Made by a program: the position numbers and the translations under genes
In this document: in pieces, positions 41,506 through 54,667 of the stretch
Numbering within the stretch: position 1 is the stretch's first letter
How the letters are laid out: every line of letters starts with the position of its first letter
Source: Octopus vulgaris
Lineage: Eukaryota
Direction: 5' to 3'
Assembly: GCA_951406725.2 (NCBI GenBank)
Contig: OX597818.1
Coordinates: 20,460,001 to 20,524,000 of the forward strand
DNA length: 64,000 nucleotides
Notes under the pieces: generated by a model
Told to the model about the DNA's origin: nothing
The model's input: the letters and a program-made list of their open reading frames with translations, nothing else
Database searches by the model: none

Positions 41506-41555
41506 TTTGTCAGTGAACGGTCGCGTCCTCAAAGCGACGAAAATATTTTGACAAA
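41506..41555 (+). ncRNA. G3:C8 hammerhead motif lacking A9 (probably damaged copy)
   Basis: TTTGTCA-GTGAACG-GTCGC(GTCCTCAAA)GCGAC-GAAA-ATAT-TT-TGACAAA. Confidence 0.55.
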
Positions 41556-41631
41556 TTAAATTTAAATGTTGAAGTGAATCTAACAGTTTTATGTGTTTCT
41601 TAAATGACTTATAAACACCTTCCACGCTGCA

Positions 41632-41681
<50 letters not shown>

Positions 41682-41800
41682 GATATATGTATATATATGT
41701 AGATATATGTAGATATATGTATATATATGTATATATATATATATGTATATATATATGTATATATATATATATGTATATATATATGTATATATATGTATAT

Positions 41801-42132
41801 ATATTAATAGTTATCGCCATACTAATATGGCAGTCTATAAACATAAGATTAAAGCTGTCGCTGATTAGCTCCAAGAGGCCATCGCCTCTAGCTAGCTATA
41901 TGACACACGAACCTGCGTCCATTACAACCTTCGAACAGGGGTGGTCAGCCGCTTCACCTTGCTAGTCAGACATCTGCAGACATGTTTCAATGCAGCGTTC
42001 GAAGGTTGTAATGAACGCAGGTTCGTCTGTCATATAGCTAGCTAGAGGCGATGGCCTCTTGGAGCTAATCAGCGACAGCTTTAGTCTTATGTTTATAGAC
42101 TGCCATATTAGTATGGCGATAACTATTAATAT
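41801..42132. repeat. Near-perfect inverted repeat (arms about 136 bp, spacer about 60 bp)
   Basis: ATATTAATAGTTATCGCCATACTAATATGGCAG... / ...CTGCCATATTAGTATGGCGATAACTATTAATAT. Confidence 0.9.
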
Positions 42133-42189
42133 CCAGTAACGCTGCCGTAATCTCCTTTAGAGAGACTTAGTAATTTTAATATTTCTATT

Positions 42190-42266
<77 letters not shown>

Positions 42267-42322
42267 CATATGTATATATATATATGTGTGTATATATGTA
42301 CACACACAAGTATATATATACA

Positions 42323-42484
42323 AGAAGAGCTTCCACGCAGTTTCCGTCAACCAAATTCATTTACAAGGCATTTGTCGGCTTGGGACTATAGGAGAAGCTC
42401 CTTGCCTAAGGTGCCGTGCAGCGGGGCTGAACCCGAAATCACGTGGTTACAAAGCGAACTTCTTAACCGCACATCCATGCCTGC
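42323..42484 (-). mobile_element. CORE-like SINE 5' half
   Basis: Reverse match to the family head. Confidence 0.75.
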
Positions 42485-43224
42485 AATTACTTTCTACATC
42501 ACTTGTGCATGCGCGCGTGTGTGTGTGCGTGTGCCTTGTGTGTTTTAGTGGAACATTATACATTGATAATGTCAACACAATGCTGGCTTTCTCTCAACAA
42601 ACTGACGTGTGCATCGAAATTCACAGTGCTCTGCATCATGAGAATATATCTTAATATGCAAAAAACACCTAAGAAAATATTTTCTGATTGTGTTCTCAAG
42701 TTTATATATGTTTATAATACCCCATGTATTTTTATTTGTAGCATCATTATTAATAACTTATTACCATGGGACTTATGTTCGGCAGATTAAACAAACCGAT
42801 GCACTGCTTTACCTCTGCGTATTAGGTAAAGGAGAAGCCGGCCTTGTGCCATAGCTCTACGCTGTTGTTACTGAGAGAAGATATCTGTTTTTGCATGTTA
42901 AGCCATTTTTATGCCTTAGTGTCAGGTTTACATACGGGAACAAAGTCTATTTTGTCTTCCTTTCCGCTGATGAAGATACATAGGCGGTCCGTCTTTGCTT
43001 TCTGCTTCCCTGGTAGAGGCAGTTTAGTTCAGAATCTCATTCAGTCCAAGATTCTTTTAATTGGCTTCAACCTTAGTTTCTCGATCAATTTTTAAAATGT
43101 ATAAAGCTTGAACATGTTTTTGGCAGGTTTATACATTTGTAAAAGTACCATTTTCAATGTTGTGGACTCACGCAAAAATTATTGTGCATCGGCATGCATT
43201 TTGATTTACCTCTTAAAAATATAC

Positions 43225-43520
43225 CATCGTTCAGTGGTTACAGCGTCGGGCTTACAATCGTGACGTTGTCAGTTCGATTCACGGACCAATCTGTGTGTGA
43301 TGTTCTTGAGCAAACACTTTATTTCACGTGGCTACAATTCACTCAGCTGTAGAAATGAGTTGCGACGTCACTGGTGCCAAGCTGTGTCGGCTTTGGCCTT
43401 TCCAATGGACAACATCGGCGGCATAAAGAGACGATGGTGGTATGCATGGGTGACTGCTGATCGTCCACAAACAATCTTGCCCGGACTTGTGCCTCAGAGC
43501 GGAACTTTCTAGGTACAATA
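43225..43520 (+). mobile_element. tRNA-derived SINE (Meta-domain-like); a partial second copy lies at 43875-44045
   Basis: AGTGGTTACAGCG..AGTTCGATTC head followed by GTTCTTGAGCAAACACTTTATTTCAC...CACTCAGCTGTAGAAATGAGT. Confidence 0.8.
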
Positions 43521-43542
43521 TTTACCCTTTTACCCTTATATA

Positions 43543-43590
<48 letters not shown>

Positions 43591-43757
43591 CGTGTTTCCT
43601 TCTAGGGCTTTGTTTACTGAAATTCGTAAGCGCCTATGTAAGAGGATCCCTCAAGGCTAATAACGCAGTATTAGGTGTTCTAACAAAGTATTCATGTTAA
43701 GTTGGATATGAAGATTACCATTTGGTATTAATATTGCTTCTATCGCTAATAAATTAA

Positions 43758-43819
<62 letters not shown>

Positions 43820-44340
43820 TGTGTGTGCGTGTGTGTGTGTGTGTAGGTGTGTGTGCGTGCGTATGCATGTGTGTGCTTACAATCGTGGCGTTGTGAGTTC
43901 GATTCACGGACTAGGCTGTGTGTTATGTTCTTGACCAAGACACTTTATTTGACGTTGCCTCAGTTCACTGAGCTGTAGAAATGAGTTGCGACGTCATTGG
44001 TGCCAAGCTGTATCGGCCTTGACTTTTCCGTTGGACAACATCAGTAGCATCCATTCTAAGTTGGATATCAAAATTACTGTTTGGTATTAATATTACTTCC
44101 GTCTCTAATAGTTGGTGTGTGTGTGTGTGTGTGCGTGTGTGTATATATATGTGTGTGTGTGTGTGTGAGTGTGTTATGTCTAAACACAGATACATGTATG
44201 ATGTGTGTGTAGTATATTCCCGTTAAAGACAACTGAGAAGGCCACAATTTAAGGTAAAGTACGTAGAGTGAAAATTTCGTCTCTGTATTTGGAGCGCAAG
44301 AGTTTTGATTTGAAATCGTGGGTTGACACTGATGTTGTAT

Positions 44341-44555
44341 GTGGCGGATCATTATGTAGAATCGCTAGCACGCCGGACAAAATGCTTTGCAGCAATTCTT
44401 CCGGCTTTATGTTCTGAGGTGAAATTCCACCGAGGTTTACTTTACCGTTCAACCTTTCGGTGTTGATAAAATAAGGAGCAGTTGAGCACTGGGGTCGATG
44501 TAATCGATTAGCTCCCATCCCACCTTAAAATTCAGGCCTCGTGCCAATAGTAAAA
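44341..44555 (+). mobile_element. Nin/Deu-like SINE, diverged
   Basis: GAATCGCTAGCACGCCGG...CACTGGGGTCGATGTAATCGA. Confidence 0.75.
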
Positions 44556-44597
44556 AGGTTACTACAATAAGAAACACAGGCCACTGGTTCTGTTTCA

Positions 44598-44680
<83 letters not shown>

Positions 44681-44681
44681 C

Positions 44682-46438
44682 ATTCAGTAGTTTTATTTTT
44701 ATAGCGTGCTTTCACTTCACTACCGAGCGCAGCTCTGTGTGCCTTGGGTATGTGCTGTGATTTGTTGTGATGCTCTGATGGTTATTGTATGGAAAGTGTT
44801 CTGCGTAGGATGTGTGCAGTGCCTAGTAGTGCAATTTTCTGTATGTTATATGTGTTTGTAAGTCCTGGTGTTTTTGTTATGTATTTGTCTGAATATTTTT
44901 TTATCATGCCTAATGCACCTACTATGATAGGAATTGTTTCTGTTTTCAGATTCCACATTCTAGTTACCTCTATTTCCAGGTCTTTGTATTTTGAGAGTTT
45001 CTCCATTTCTTTTAGAGACACGTTGTCATCAGCCGGTATTGATACATCAATTAGAAAGCATTTTTTTCCTTCATGGTCTCTGACAACTATATCTGGTCTG
45101 TTGGCCTTAATTTCTCTGTCTGTGTGTATCGGCATATCCCAGAGTATGGTTGCTTTCTCGTTTTCTGTGACCTTTTCTGGTGTGTGCCTATACCATCTTT
45201 TTTCTGTTGTTATTCCATAATGTTGGCATAGCTTCCAATGTATGTAGGTTCCAACTCTGTCATGTCTGTGAATATATTCCTTCTTAGCCAGGACTGGGCA
45301 GCTAAAGATAATATGATTTATTGTTTCTTGTCCATCTCCACATATTCTGCAGTTACTTGTAATATTTCTTTTCATTAGATGTTTTTGGTAATTTCTGGTG
45401 GGGAGGCTTTGGTCTTGTGCTGCAATTAAAAATCCCTCTGTTTCTGCTTTGAGTCCTGAGCTTCTCAACCATTGCTGGGATTTTTCTTTGTCTATTTCTT
45501 TTGCGTTTAGTTTAGTCCAGTATTTACCATGAAGGGGCTTTTCTTGCCATCATTTTATCATGGTTCGTTGCTGTTCTATTTTTAGTTTGGATTTCATTTG
45601 TTTTATAGCTTTTGTTGTTTCTTCATCTTCTTCTTCTTCTTCATGTTTATTAGGTGGTATGATTTCTTGTTTGTATTTGTCAGCTTCCTTAAATACTGAG
45701 AACAGTTTTTTGTTTTGCTCGTGTTTTGCCGCTATTTGTATCAGTTTTCCTTCCTTCTGAAGTAGATATTTTTGCAGTCCTACGGTGGTTATTTTATAGT
45801 AGTTTTCCAGCTGTATAAGGCCTCTACCACCATCTATACGTTGTATATATAGCCTTTCTATGTCAGATTTTGGGTGATGCATCCTAGACCCTGTCATTAT
45901 TTTTCTTGTTTTCCTATCTATTTTGGTCAGTTCATTTAGTGTCCAGTTAAGGATATTGTAGCTGTAACTTATAACTGGGACGGCTAAAGTGTTGATACCT
46001 ATTATCTTGTTTTTAGCATTGAGCTCTGTTTTCAGCATTGATCTAACTCGTCTATAATATTCTTTTTTTATTTTCTCTTTTATTTGTGTGTGTTGTGTCT
46101 TATCTAGTTCATGGATTCCTAAGTATTTGTAAGTTTGGCTTTGGTCTAATTCTTTTATTTCATTGGTTTTATTTAGTGTGATGTTGCTACTCTTAACTAG
46201 TTTTCCTCTTTTCATGGTTACTTCGGCGCATTTTTCTAATCCAAATTTCATATCTATTTCTTTGGTAAATCCATGAACTGTCTTTAGTAGTGTTTCCAGC
46301 TGTTTGTCATTTGTAGCGTATAGTTTTAGGTCGTCCATATATAAAAGGTGGCTGATCGTTTTGCCGTAACATTTATATCCGCATCCAGTTCTGTTTAGCA
46401 TATCCGAAAGAGGTGACAGTGCCAAGCAGAAAAGGAGT
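44682..46438 (-). mobile_element. 5'-truncated R4/Dong-clade non-LTR retrotransposon in a (TAA)n array
   Basis: RT YMDD, CCHC finger CRIC..ETINHI..C, RHD, RLE RPDIV..IDVS..K..KY, short 3' UTR then (TAA)n. Confidence 0.95.
44782..46437 (-). pseudogene. R4/Dong RT-ZnF-RLE ORF fragment with a single in-frame stop
   Basis: ORFs 45550-46425 and 44782-45468 share one frame, interrupted only by TGA at 45550-45552 (IK*WQEKPLHG). Confidence 0.92.
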
Positions 46439-46485
46439 TGTTGTTGTTGTTGTTGTTGTTGTTATCATCATCATCATCATCATCA

Positions 46486-46521
<36 letters not shown>

Positions 46522-46533
46522 TCATCATCATCA

Positions 46534-46598
<65 letters not shown>

Positions 46599-46649
46599 GC
46601 TGTTGTTATTGTTGTTGTTGTTGCTGTTGTTATTTTTACTTTTAATTTG

Positions 46650-47070
<421 letters not shown>

Positions 47071-47199
47071 GAGTGAGAGACCTGAGCATTCCATCAAAAT
47101 GACATTGAGTACAAGTATACGAAGTCTAATACTCCCATCATGACTTAACCGTCTGATAAGGGTATACCAGGTAGATGCATCACACCTGAATAATGATAA

Positions 47200-47390
<191 letters not shown>

Positions 47391-47470
47391 GTAATAATAA
47401 TAACAACAACAACAACAACAACATGGAAAAATACCTTAGGAATGAGAACCCAGGTTCGAAAGTTTCCCAA

Positions 47471-47513
47471 GATACCTGATGAAGGCTGGAGAGTATATCA
47501 GCCGAAACGTGTT
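47471..47513 (+). ncRNA. Canonical-core hammerhead motif with apparent deletion at the cleavage site
   Basis: GATAC-CTGATGA-A-GGCTG(GAGAGTATAT)CAGCC-GAAA-C-GTGTT. Confidence 0.6.
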
Positions 47514-47614
47514 AACAACAAACGAGATGAGGACAAATATCCGTCAAATGTAAATAATGTACATAATTATTTTTATTGTTGTCGTTGTTGTTACTGTTGT
47601 TATTATTATTATTA

Positions 47615-47870
47615 ATCAACTCGTTAACTATTTAACCAATTAACTAACCTATTGCTTGATTAATCGTTCGATCCATCAAACTGCTTGGTTTGTTAAAGTC
47701 ATTTCGTCGCCATTCGTAACCTGATCAATAAAATGCTTTCGCTACTCGGCAAATGGAGACGAAAGGACTCTGACGAACCAAATCGATTGGTTGATCGAAT
47801 GATTAATCAAGTAATCGATTAATTAATTGCTTAGATGTTTAATTAGTTAACTAATAATAATAAAAGAGCT
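47615..47870. repeat. Old imperfect inverted repeat / MITE-like
   Basis: ATTGCTTGATTAATCGTTCGATC vs GATCGAATGATTAATCAAGTAAT, and TTTCGTCGCCATT vs AATGGAGACGAAA. Confidence 0.65.
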
Positions 47871-48326
47871 GGAATAGTTATTGATATAATGACGTTCCTG
47901 ATATACAACAAAATCTAATTCAACACATGATTTCACATCAAGATTCTTGAAAACCAAATACAAAATGGAATCTATTATTGTTATTATCATGAGCTGGAAG
48001 AACCGGAGAAAATGCTTCGCGATATTTCTTCCGAGTCTTTGCTTTCAAATTCAACCAACGTTGACTTCGCTTTTCATCAAATCGGAGTCGATGAAATAAG
48101 TACTTGTTCAGCCCTGCATCGATGTGGTTGACTATTCCCATCAGCTAAGAATTGATGGTCTTGCGCGAAAATCAGAAATAAATTTTATTACAATGAACAA
48201 ACAGAATCGTTAGAGCGTCAGAAAAATGATTAGCGATATTTCTTTTGGCTTTACGTTCTGACGTCGACTTTGCATTTCATCCTTCGGGGCTGATCGATGT
48301 ACTTAACTGACTCTCTCCTCAAAAAT

Positions 48327-48460
48327 TGGAATCGAACTCGGAATCTTGAAGTTATTAGTCCGCGCTCTTAACCACTACGCCATATGCCTGTGGCGTAGTG
48401 GTTAAGAGTGCGGGCTACTAACTTCAAGATTCCGAGTTCGGTTCCAGGCAGTGACCTGAA
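48327..48460. mobile_element. Two back-to-back tRNA-like SINE heads forming a hairpin
   Basis: TGGCGTAGTGGTTAAGAGTGCGGGCTACTAACTTCAAGATTCCGAGTTCGGTTCCA (48391-48446) and its inverted copy at 48327-48382. A- and B-box-like sequences present. Confidence 0.75.
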
Positions 48461-48492
48461 TAATAATAATAACAACAACAACAACATTATCA

Positions 48493-49470
48493 TTGCCTTT
48501 GCACAGCTTCTAATGCTGGAGATGTACTGTCGTGTCAGCTGTTCACTACCAGTGAACTAAGGTAACACCTCTTATTTTTCGAGCACCATCCGGAGTATTC
48601 GAGCGGTTCTAAGCAGTGCTGTTTTCTGCAAGTGCGCCACCCTTATTGCAGCCCCTATTTATTCCACGTACTTCTCGAGATTTTTACTCACTGTTCCCAG
48701 GGCTCCGACAATTATTGGTACTACTGTTACCTTTTCCATCGACCACAACTGCTTAACTTCCCAATCTAACCTGTCATATCTCTCAAGTTTTCTTTCTTCC
48801 TTATCGCATACATTGTTGTCGGCTGGGCATGCTATATCTATGATCCAACATAATTTATTTTCTTTCTCAGTTAAGACTATATCTGGCTTCCTATTCTATA
48901 TCTCATGGTCGCACTGAATCATAAAATCCCATAAGATTTTTGCATTTCTATTTTCGACGATGCCTTCAGATTTGTGGTTGAACCAATTTTTTGCTCTGTC
49001 AAATCCATACTTGTTGCAAAGTGTCCAATGGACAAGCCTTGCTATATTGTCGTGGCGTCTCTTATATTCCTTCTGGGCTTAGTGGCGTACATTGGCAGGT
49101 AATTTGCCATACGGTTTCGCCATTTTATCCACAGATTCTGCACTTATCACTTTCTGATGTGTTGTCTATTCTGAATTGTATGTAGTTTGTTCTTAGTGCT
49201 TGCTGTAGGGCAGCACAGATTAGAGCCTCCGTTTCCGGTTTTAAATCACTTTTAGCCATTCACGGCCATCTCTTTTCTCTGTCTGTCTGATCTTCAACAT
49301 CCCTATGAAATTGCCCATGTATTCTTTTCTTTATCCACCTATTTTCAGTTTCATTTCTTTTCAATTACCTGTGTAGTGATTTATCTTTGCAATATTCCAT
49401 CCTACACAGGCCTGACCTTCTAATAATAGCGTGTTTGTGGCATTTTTTACATACCACGCTATGTTGTTTT
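48493..49470 (-). mobile_element. R4/Dong-like LINE 3' fragment (CCHC and RLE)
   Basis: LKPETEALICAA, CRICG, RRHDNIA, ILWDF, NRKPDIV, IDIACP and VPIIVGALG. Confidence 0.9.
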
Positions 49471-49733
49471 CATTATTATTATTATTATGAAATGAGAGGT
49501 GTGAATGGTTTCTACGTATCGAATAAACTATATACATAACCTGACTTCTCCAATCTCCACGACAAATCTTAGATTTATAAATAAACCCTTTAAGCTGATG
49601 TCGGTTAGCTACACAACTTGATTTAAAATTTTATATGCTAAAATCCTTTAGATCCTCTCATGTTGACGTTGCCATTTCTTGAGAAGTTTATCCAGTAAAG
49701 CACAGCCCACGTATATGTGTGTGTGCGCACACA

Positions 49734-49815
<82 letters not shown>

Positions 49816-49965
49816 TTGCTAATGCGTGTATACTTGAAGCATCCACTCATTACTCTATATATATATATATAAGTATATGTATATATTTATATGTACGCGA
49901 GTATGTATATATACTATATATACAGTATGATATATATATTATATATACTATATATATACAGTATA

Positions 49966-50060
<95 letters not shown>

Positions 50061-50130
50061 AGAGAGAGAGAGAGAGAGAGAGAGTAATGAGTGGATGCTT
50101 CAAGTATACAAGCATTAGCAATTCATATTC

Positions 50131-50166
<36 letters not shown>

Positions 50167-50858
50167 CATACATGCATTCATTCATTCGTACATACATGCA
50201 TAGACATGCACATACACACACATACATACATATATATATACATACATACATACAAGCATACATACACACATATATCCTTAAGACCGAAGCAATAACAATA
50301 CAAGATGATATTAACATATTAGATATGTTTTGATTCCCTTGATATTTCGCGTGGAAAGTTTGTTTTCAGCTGCACGCAAATCCTTTAAATCCATTCCGTT
50401 GCGTGGTGGAGATGGTAATCTCTGAAGAGGCTTTCTTTTGATTCCCTACCTTTCTTTCTAATTCTCTCTTTCTCTACTCTTTCTCTCTCACTCTATCTAT
50501 CTATGTCTCTATCTATTTATCTATCTATCTTTCTATCTATCTCTCAAACTCTGTCTTTCTGTCTGTCAATGTATCTATCTTTATATGTCTCCCTACCTGT
50601 CTCCCTACCTGTCTCTCTCTCTCTCTATATATATATCTATATCTATATCTAAATATATATATATATATACCTGTCTGTTTGTCTGTCTACCTTATCTGTC
50701 TATCTGTCTATCTAGCTAGCTATCTTCCTATCTATCCATCCATCCATCTCGCTTTCATTCACTATTGAATATTTTCCTACTTGTTTTTGTATCTCTGTTT
50801 AACGTTGTATCTGATTTATCAAAGAGAAATACACTTCACAGTATACTTTATTTCTGTT

Positions 50859-51016
<158 letters not shown>

Positions 51017-51714
51017 CGCGCGTACGTGCGTGTGTGTGTGTGTGTGTGCGAATGCCCGTAACACACTCATACATACGCCACATATAGAGGTCGCCTGAAC
51101 GAACGCCACGCTTGAAATCTGTAGCAATGCAGCGAATGAATCATCGACATTACGCAAATAAGTAAACCTTATTACGTCTATCGATTGATTAATTAATAAA
51201 ACACACCAACACTGCAAATTAGATAAACTAAAAGTTAATGTAGATATATCGACAGAAAAGTTTATATTATATAATATCCGCTAATTTTATGCATAATTAC
51301 GCAATTAATTTAGCACGTAATCAACAAATTCAGAATTATGCGAATTAGACTTGTGTCTATAAGATATCAATCGCTCCGTGGGCAAAGAATGAGAGTACTT
51401 GTCTGTCGATGAATCCCCAAACAGAGATGAAACTAGTCATGACAAACGTAAAATTTTTCTGAAACATCGAAGGATATTAACTTTTGTTTAGACTTTGCAG
51501 TGAGGTTTATAATTCAAAGTTTGTAGGTATGCCTACGTTAAATTGTTTTAATTTATGATTACATGTGTTAAGAACTCTTTCTGTCGTTTACATTCTTAAT
51601 GTTATGATTGTGTGTGTTTTTGTGTGCGTGTATATATATATATATATGCACGCACACAAAAACGTATACATATATATATATATATATGTTATGATTGTGT
51701 GTGTTTTTGTGTGC

Positions 51715-51756
<42 letters not shown>

Positions 51757-51774
51757 GCACACAAAAACGTATAC

Positions 51775-51868
<94 letters not shown>

Positions 51869-52092
51869 TCAACATACTACTGTCATGGCACTCCCACATT
51901 CTTCTTCTTTTCTTCCTCCTTCTTCTTCTTCCCTACCAAGAATTCACAACGATCTTGAACCCACAAGAGTAAACTAGAGAGACAGAGACAGGCAGAAACA
52001 AGGAAAATGCACTTGTATTTGAACACTATACAAATACTCTTTTAAAAAACTTTTCTTTTAATTTTTCCAAATTTAATTATTTTCCATACTTA

Positions 52093-52128
52093 CAGCTGGA
52101 AAAGTCTCAATGACTGAAACCGGTACTG
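52093..52128 (+). ncRNA. Degenerate minimal hammerhead-like motif
   Basis: CAG-CTGGAAA-AGTC(TCAAT)GACT-GAAA-CCGG-TA-CTG. The core has A6G and a 3:8 mismatch. Confidence 0.4.
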
Positions 52129-52246
52129 AAATGTTTTTTATAAAATTATTTTGGCATTTTCTATCTTGACTTTTTTTCCCATATGTATATATAAGCGCAT
52201 TGTGATCAGCGATGTGCAGCAACATCTGATAGCCTGGTCGATCACG

Positions 52247-52304
<58 letters not shown>

Positions 52305-52752
52305 CATACATACACACACTCACACACACTGGTGATTTTCGGAATGTTTTTTTAATGTGTAATTCGTGTATATTCACCTGATGAACACGGTTTTTTCGCA
52401 TGACGTAATATCTCTATTCATCAATAAAAAAAATCTCCTTGGAAGCAGCTGTAATGAATGAACCACTATGCCTCTGTTGTTATTTATTTATTATTCAACT
52501 TATTCAGAACTTGCTGGACCTGAAGTCTATAAAGCGAATTACAATTGATGAAGTATATGTTCCTAAATACAGCCTTAAAACTCATAATATACTCAGTCGA
52601 GTACACTTAATTGTATATACAGATGGAATAACTGTCTGCATATTGGTATGTAAGTAATTGTTCCTCTGATTTCGTAGTATACACGATTACATTTTTTTTC
52701 TTGTCCTGACCCATGTTTTATCATTTAAGTACTTGATTTACTTGAATCGTGA

Positions 52753-52816
<64 letters not shown>

Positions 52817-52997
52817 GCTCGTTAGCCACCTCACACATTTTTTCTCTCTTTGTTTGTTTCTGTGTTCCTTTCTTTGGAAGAGCGTAGGCTCGAAACGTAA
52901 ACGACATTTTCAATTCCCGAGCGTTATACTAATACATATGTTTGCTTTCTACACCACCTGCCTTCGTCTTTTGCTTTTTTCGTGAATTCTTCCCCTA
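52817..52997 (+). mobile_element. Short PLE-terminal-type repeat with hammerhead-like motif (copy 3, more damaged)
   Basis: CTTT-CTTTGGA-A-GAGC(GTAG)GCTC-GAAA-CG-TA-AACG at 52868-52903. Confidence 0.65.
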
Positions 52998-53001
52998 TAT
53001 G

Positions 53002-53082
<81 letters not shown>

Positions 53083-53807
53083 TCTTATACATACATTATT
53101 AAATAGATTTCATAGCTGTTGAAATCTATTTAATCATTCATAGAAGCATCATCGCAATTTCATACCATCCATTTCATCGCTAGTTTAGTGTAAGGTTGGT
53201 GTTGATGAAATTATGTGATTTCGCTGTGCGTTGTTTGGTTGACTTCTTTGCCAATTGTTGGTTTTAATAAAAACACAAAAATATATTTGGGGAAAAAAAA
53301 GCCAGCCTACTAATGATGCCTTAGCAACGAAATCTTAAACAAACAAGGCTTTTCATCAAGTAATTCATGAGAGCTTCGTCATTATGAAAATTTCTTTCCC
53401 CTTTCATAACATGAATATAATGAGAACGATTGTGAGGTGAGTGTCACATGCTTGGAAGCCATAATTGCGATAGGGATTTGGGAACATCTGAAAGAATACG
53501 TACAAGGGCGCATAGTTAAGGCTCTAAGACCTTCTGTATGCGCCTACACACATGTACACATGATTACATGCATACACATGGTTATATACAGATACGCGTA
53601 CATGTGTACACGCATTTCCATGCATGTAGGTACGCATATATACGCGCACACGTCCATATGCATACATATGCAAACGCATATACGTACATACGCATATCCA
53701 GAAATATACACACACGTCTATACAATTACAGGTCCCCGTGCATGCATACACATACGCGTAAATGCATATCCATACATACATACACACACGCATACGCACA
53801 CATACTT

Positions 53808-53917
<110 letters not shown>

Positions 53918-53934
53918 ATATATATATATATAAA

Positions 53935-54140
53935 GTTAATTCAAACAAGAAAGCACAAAAAAAAACACAACAACGCGAGGACGTGGAAAAAAAAAGTATT
54001 ATTGGACGCTCAGGAAAGAAGGAAAGAAGGATGGTTTAACGTTTCGAGTTGAGCTCTTCGTCGGAAACATGGGAGAAGGAAAGATCCAGAGAAGGGAAGA
54101 CCGAGGGAAAAAAATCGCCAACGGTACACGCGAGGTCGCA
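53935..54140 (-). mobile_element. Short PLE-terminal-type repeat with U4C hammerhead motif; a truncated relative lies at about 39105-39200
   Basis: Minus strand 54034-54068 reads GTTT-CCGACGA-A-GAG(CTCAA)CTC-GAAA-CG-TT-AAAC. Confidence 0.65.
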
Positions 54141-54167
54141 TACATATATTATATTATATTATATTTT

Positions 54168-54667
54168 ATTAAGAGCAGTACAACACGTAAATGCCTCACG
54201 CTATGAAGGATTCTTAAAGTCAAAAGTACCATAATAAATATATAGTGTATCGGCAGCGAGGGAATGCAACTTAGAAATCGCCTCTTAAAAACCGATTCAG
54301 CCGCAAATCATATGATTTCAAAGTTAGTGTACATAATTCATTTTCTAATAGTCACCGCAGGCATAATCAAGTCATAAAAATGAACACAATTCAGCATACC
54401 AGACGAACACTAAATGTATCCAAAACAGCGCATAGAAATGTTGAATTTTGTTCATTTTTATGTGTCTTGATTATGATTGCACTGACGATTAGAAAGTGGA
54501 TTATGTACACGAACTTTGAAATCATATGATTTGCGGCTGAATCGGTTTTTAAGAGGTGACTTCCAAATTGCATTCCCTCGCTGTCAGTACACTGTGTATT
54601 TATTATGGTAGTTTTGACTTTAAGAGTCTCTCACAGCATGAGGCATTTACATGTAGTAATGCCTTAA
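54168..54667. mobile_element. Palindromic element (arms about 230 bp) with a hammerhead-like motif in each arm
   Basis: Arms 54168-54397 and 54438-54667. The plus arm reads GCA-CTGACGA-TTAG-AAAGT..ACTTT-GAAA-TCATATGA-TT-TGC. Confidence 0.7.

Larger units (their letters stand above)
41296..41636. mobile_element. Palindromic PLE-terminal-type element (arms 41354-41491 and 41500-41636)
   Basis: Direct reverse complementarity, with a hammerhead motif in each arm. Confidence 0.75.

Noticed and set aside
42967-42990. Isolated CTGATGA
   Set aside because: No stem II-GAAA arrangement and no C/D box partner context
47770-47800. CTGACGA-ACCAA..TTGGT hairpin
   Set aside because: Followed by TGAT rather than GAAA, and not preserved in the opposite arm
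48391-48446. Functional tRNA gene
   Set aside because: No convincing acceptor stem or terminator, and the context indicates a SINE head
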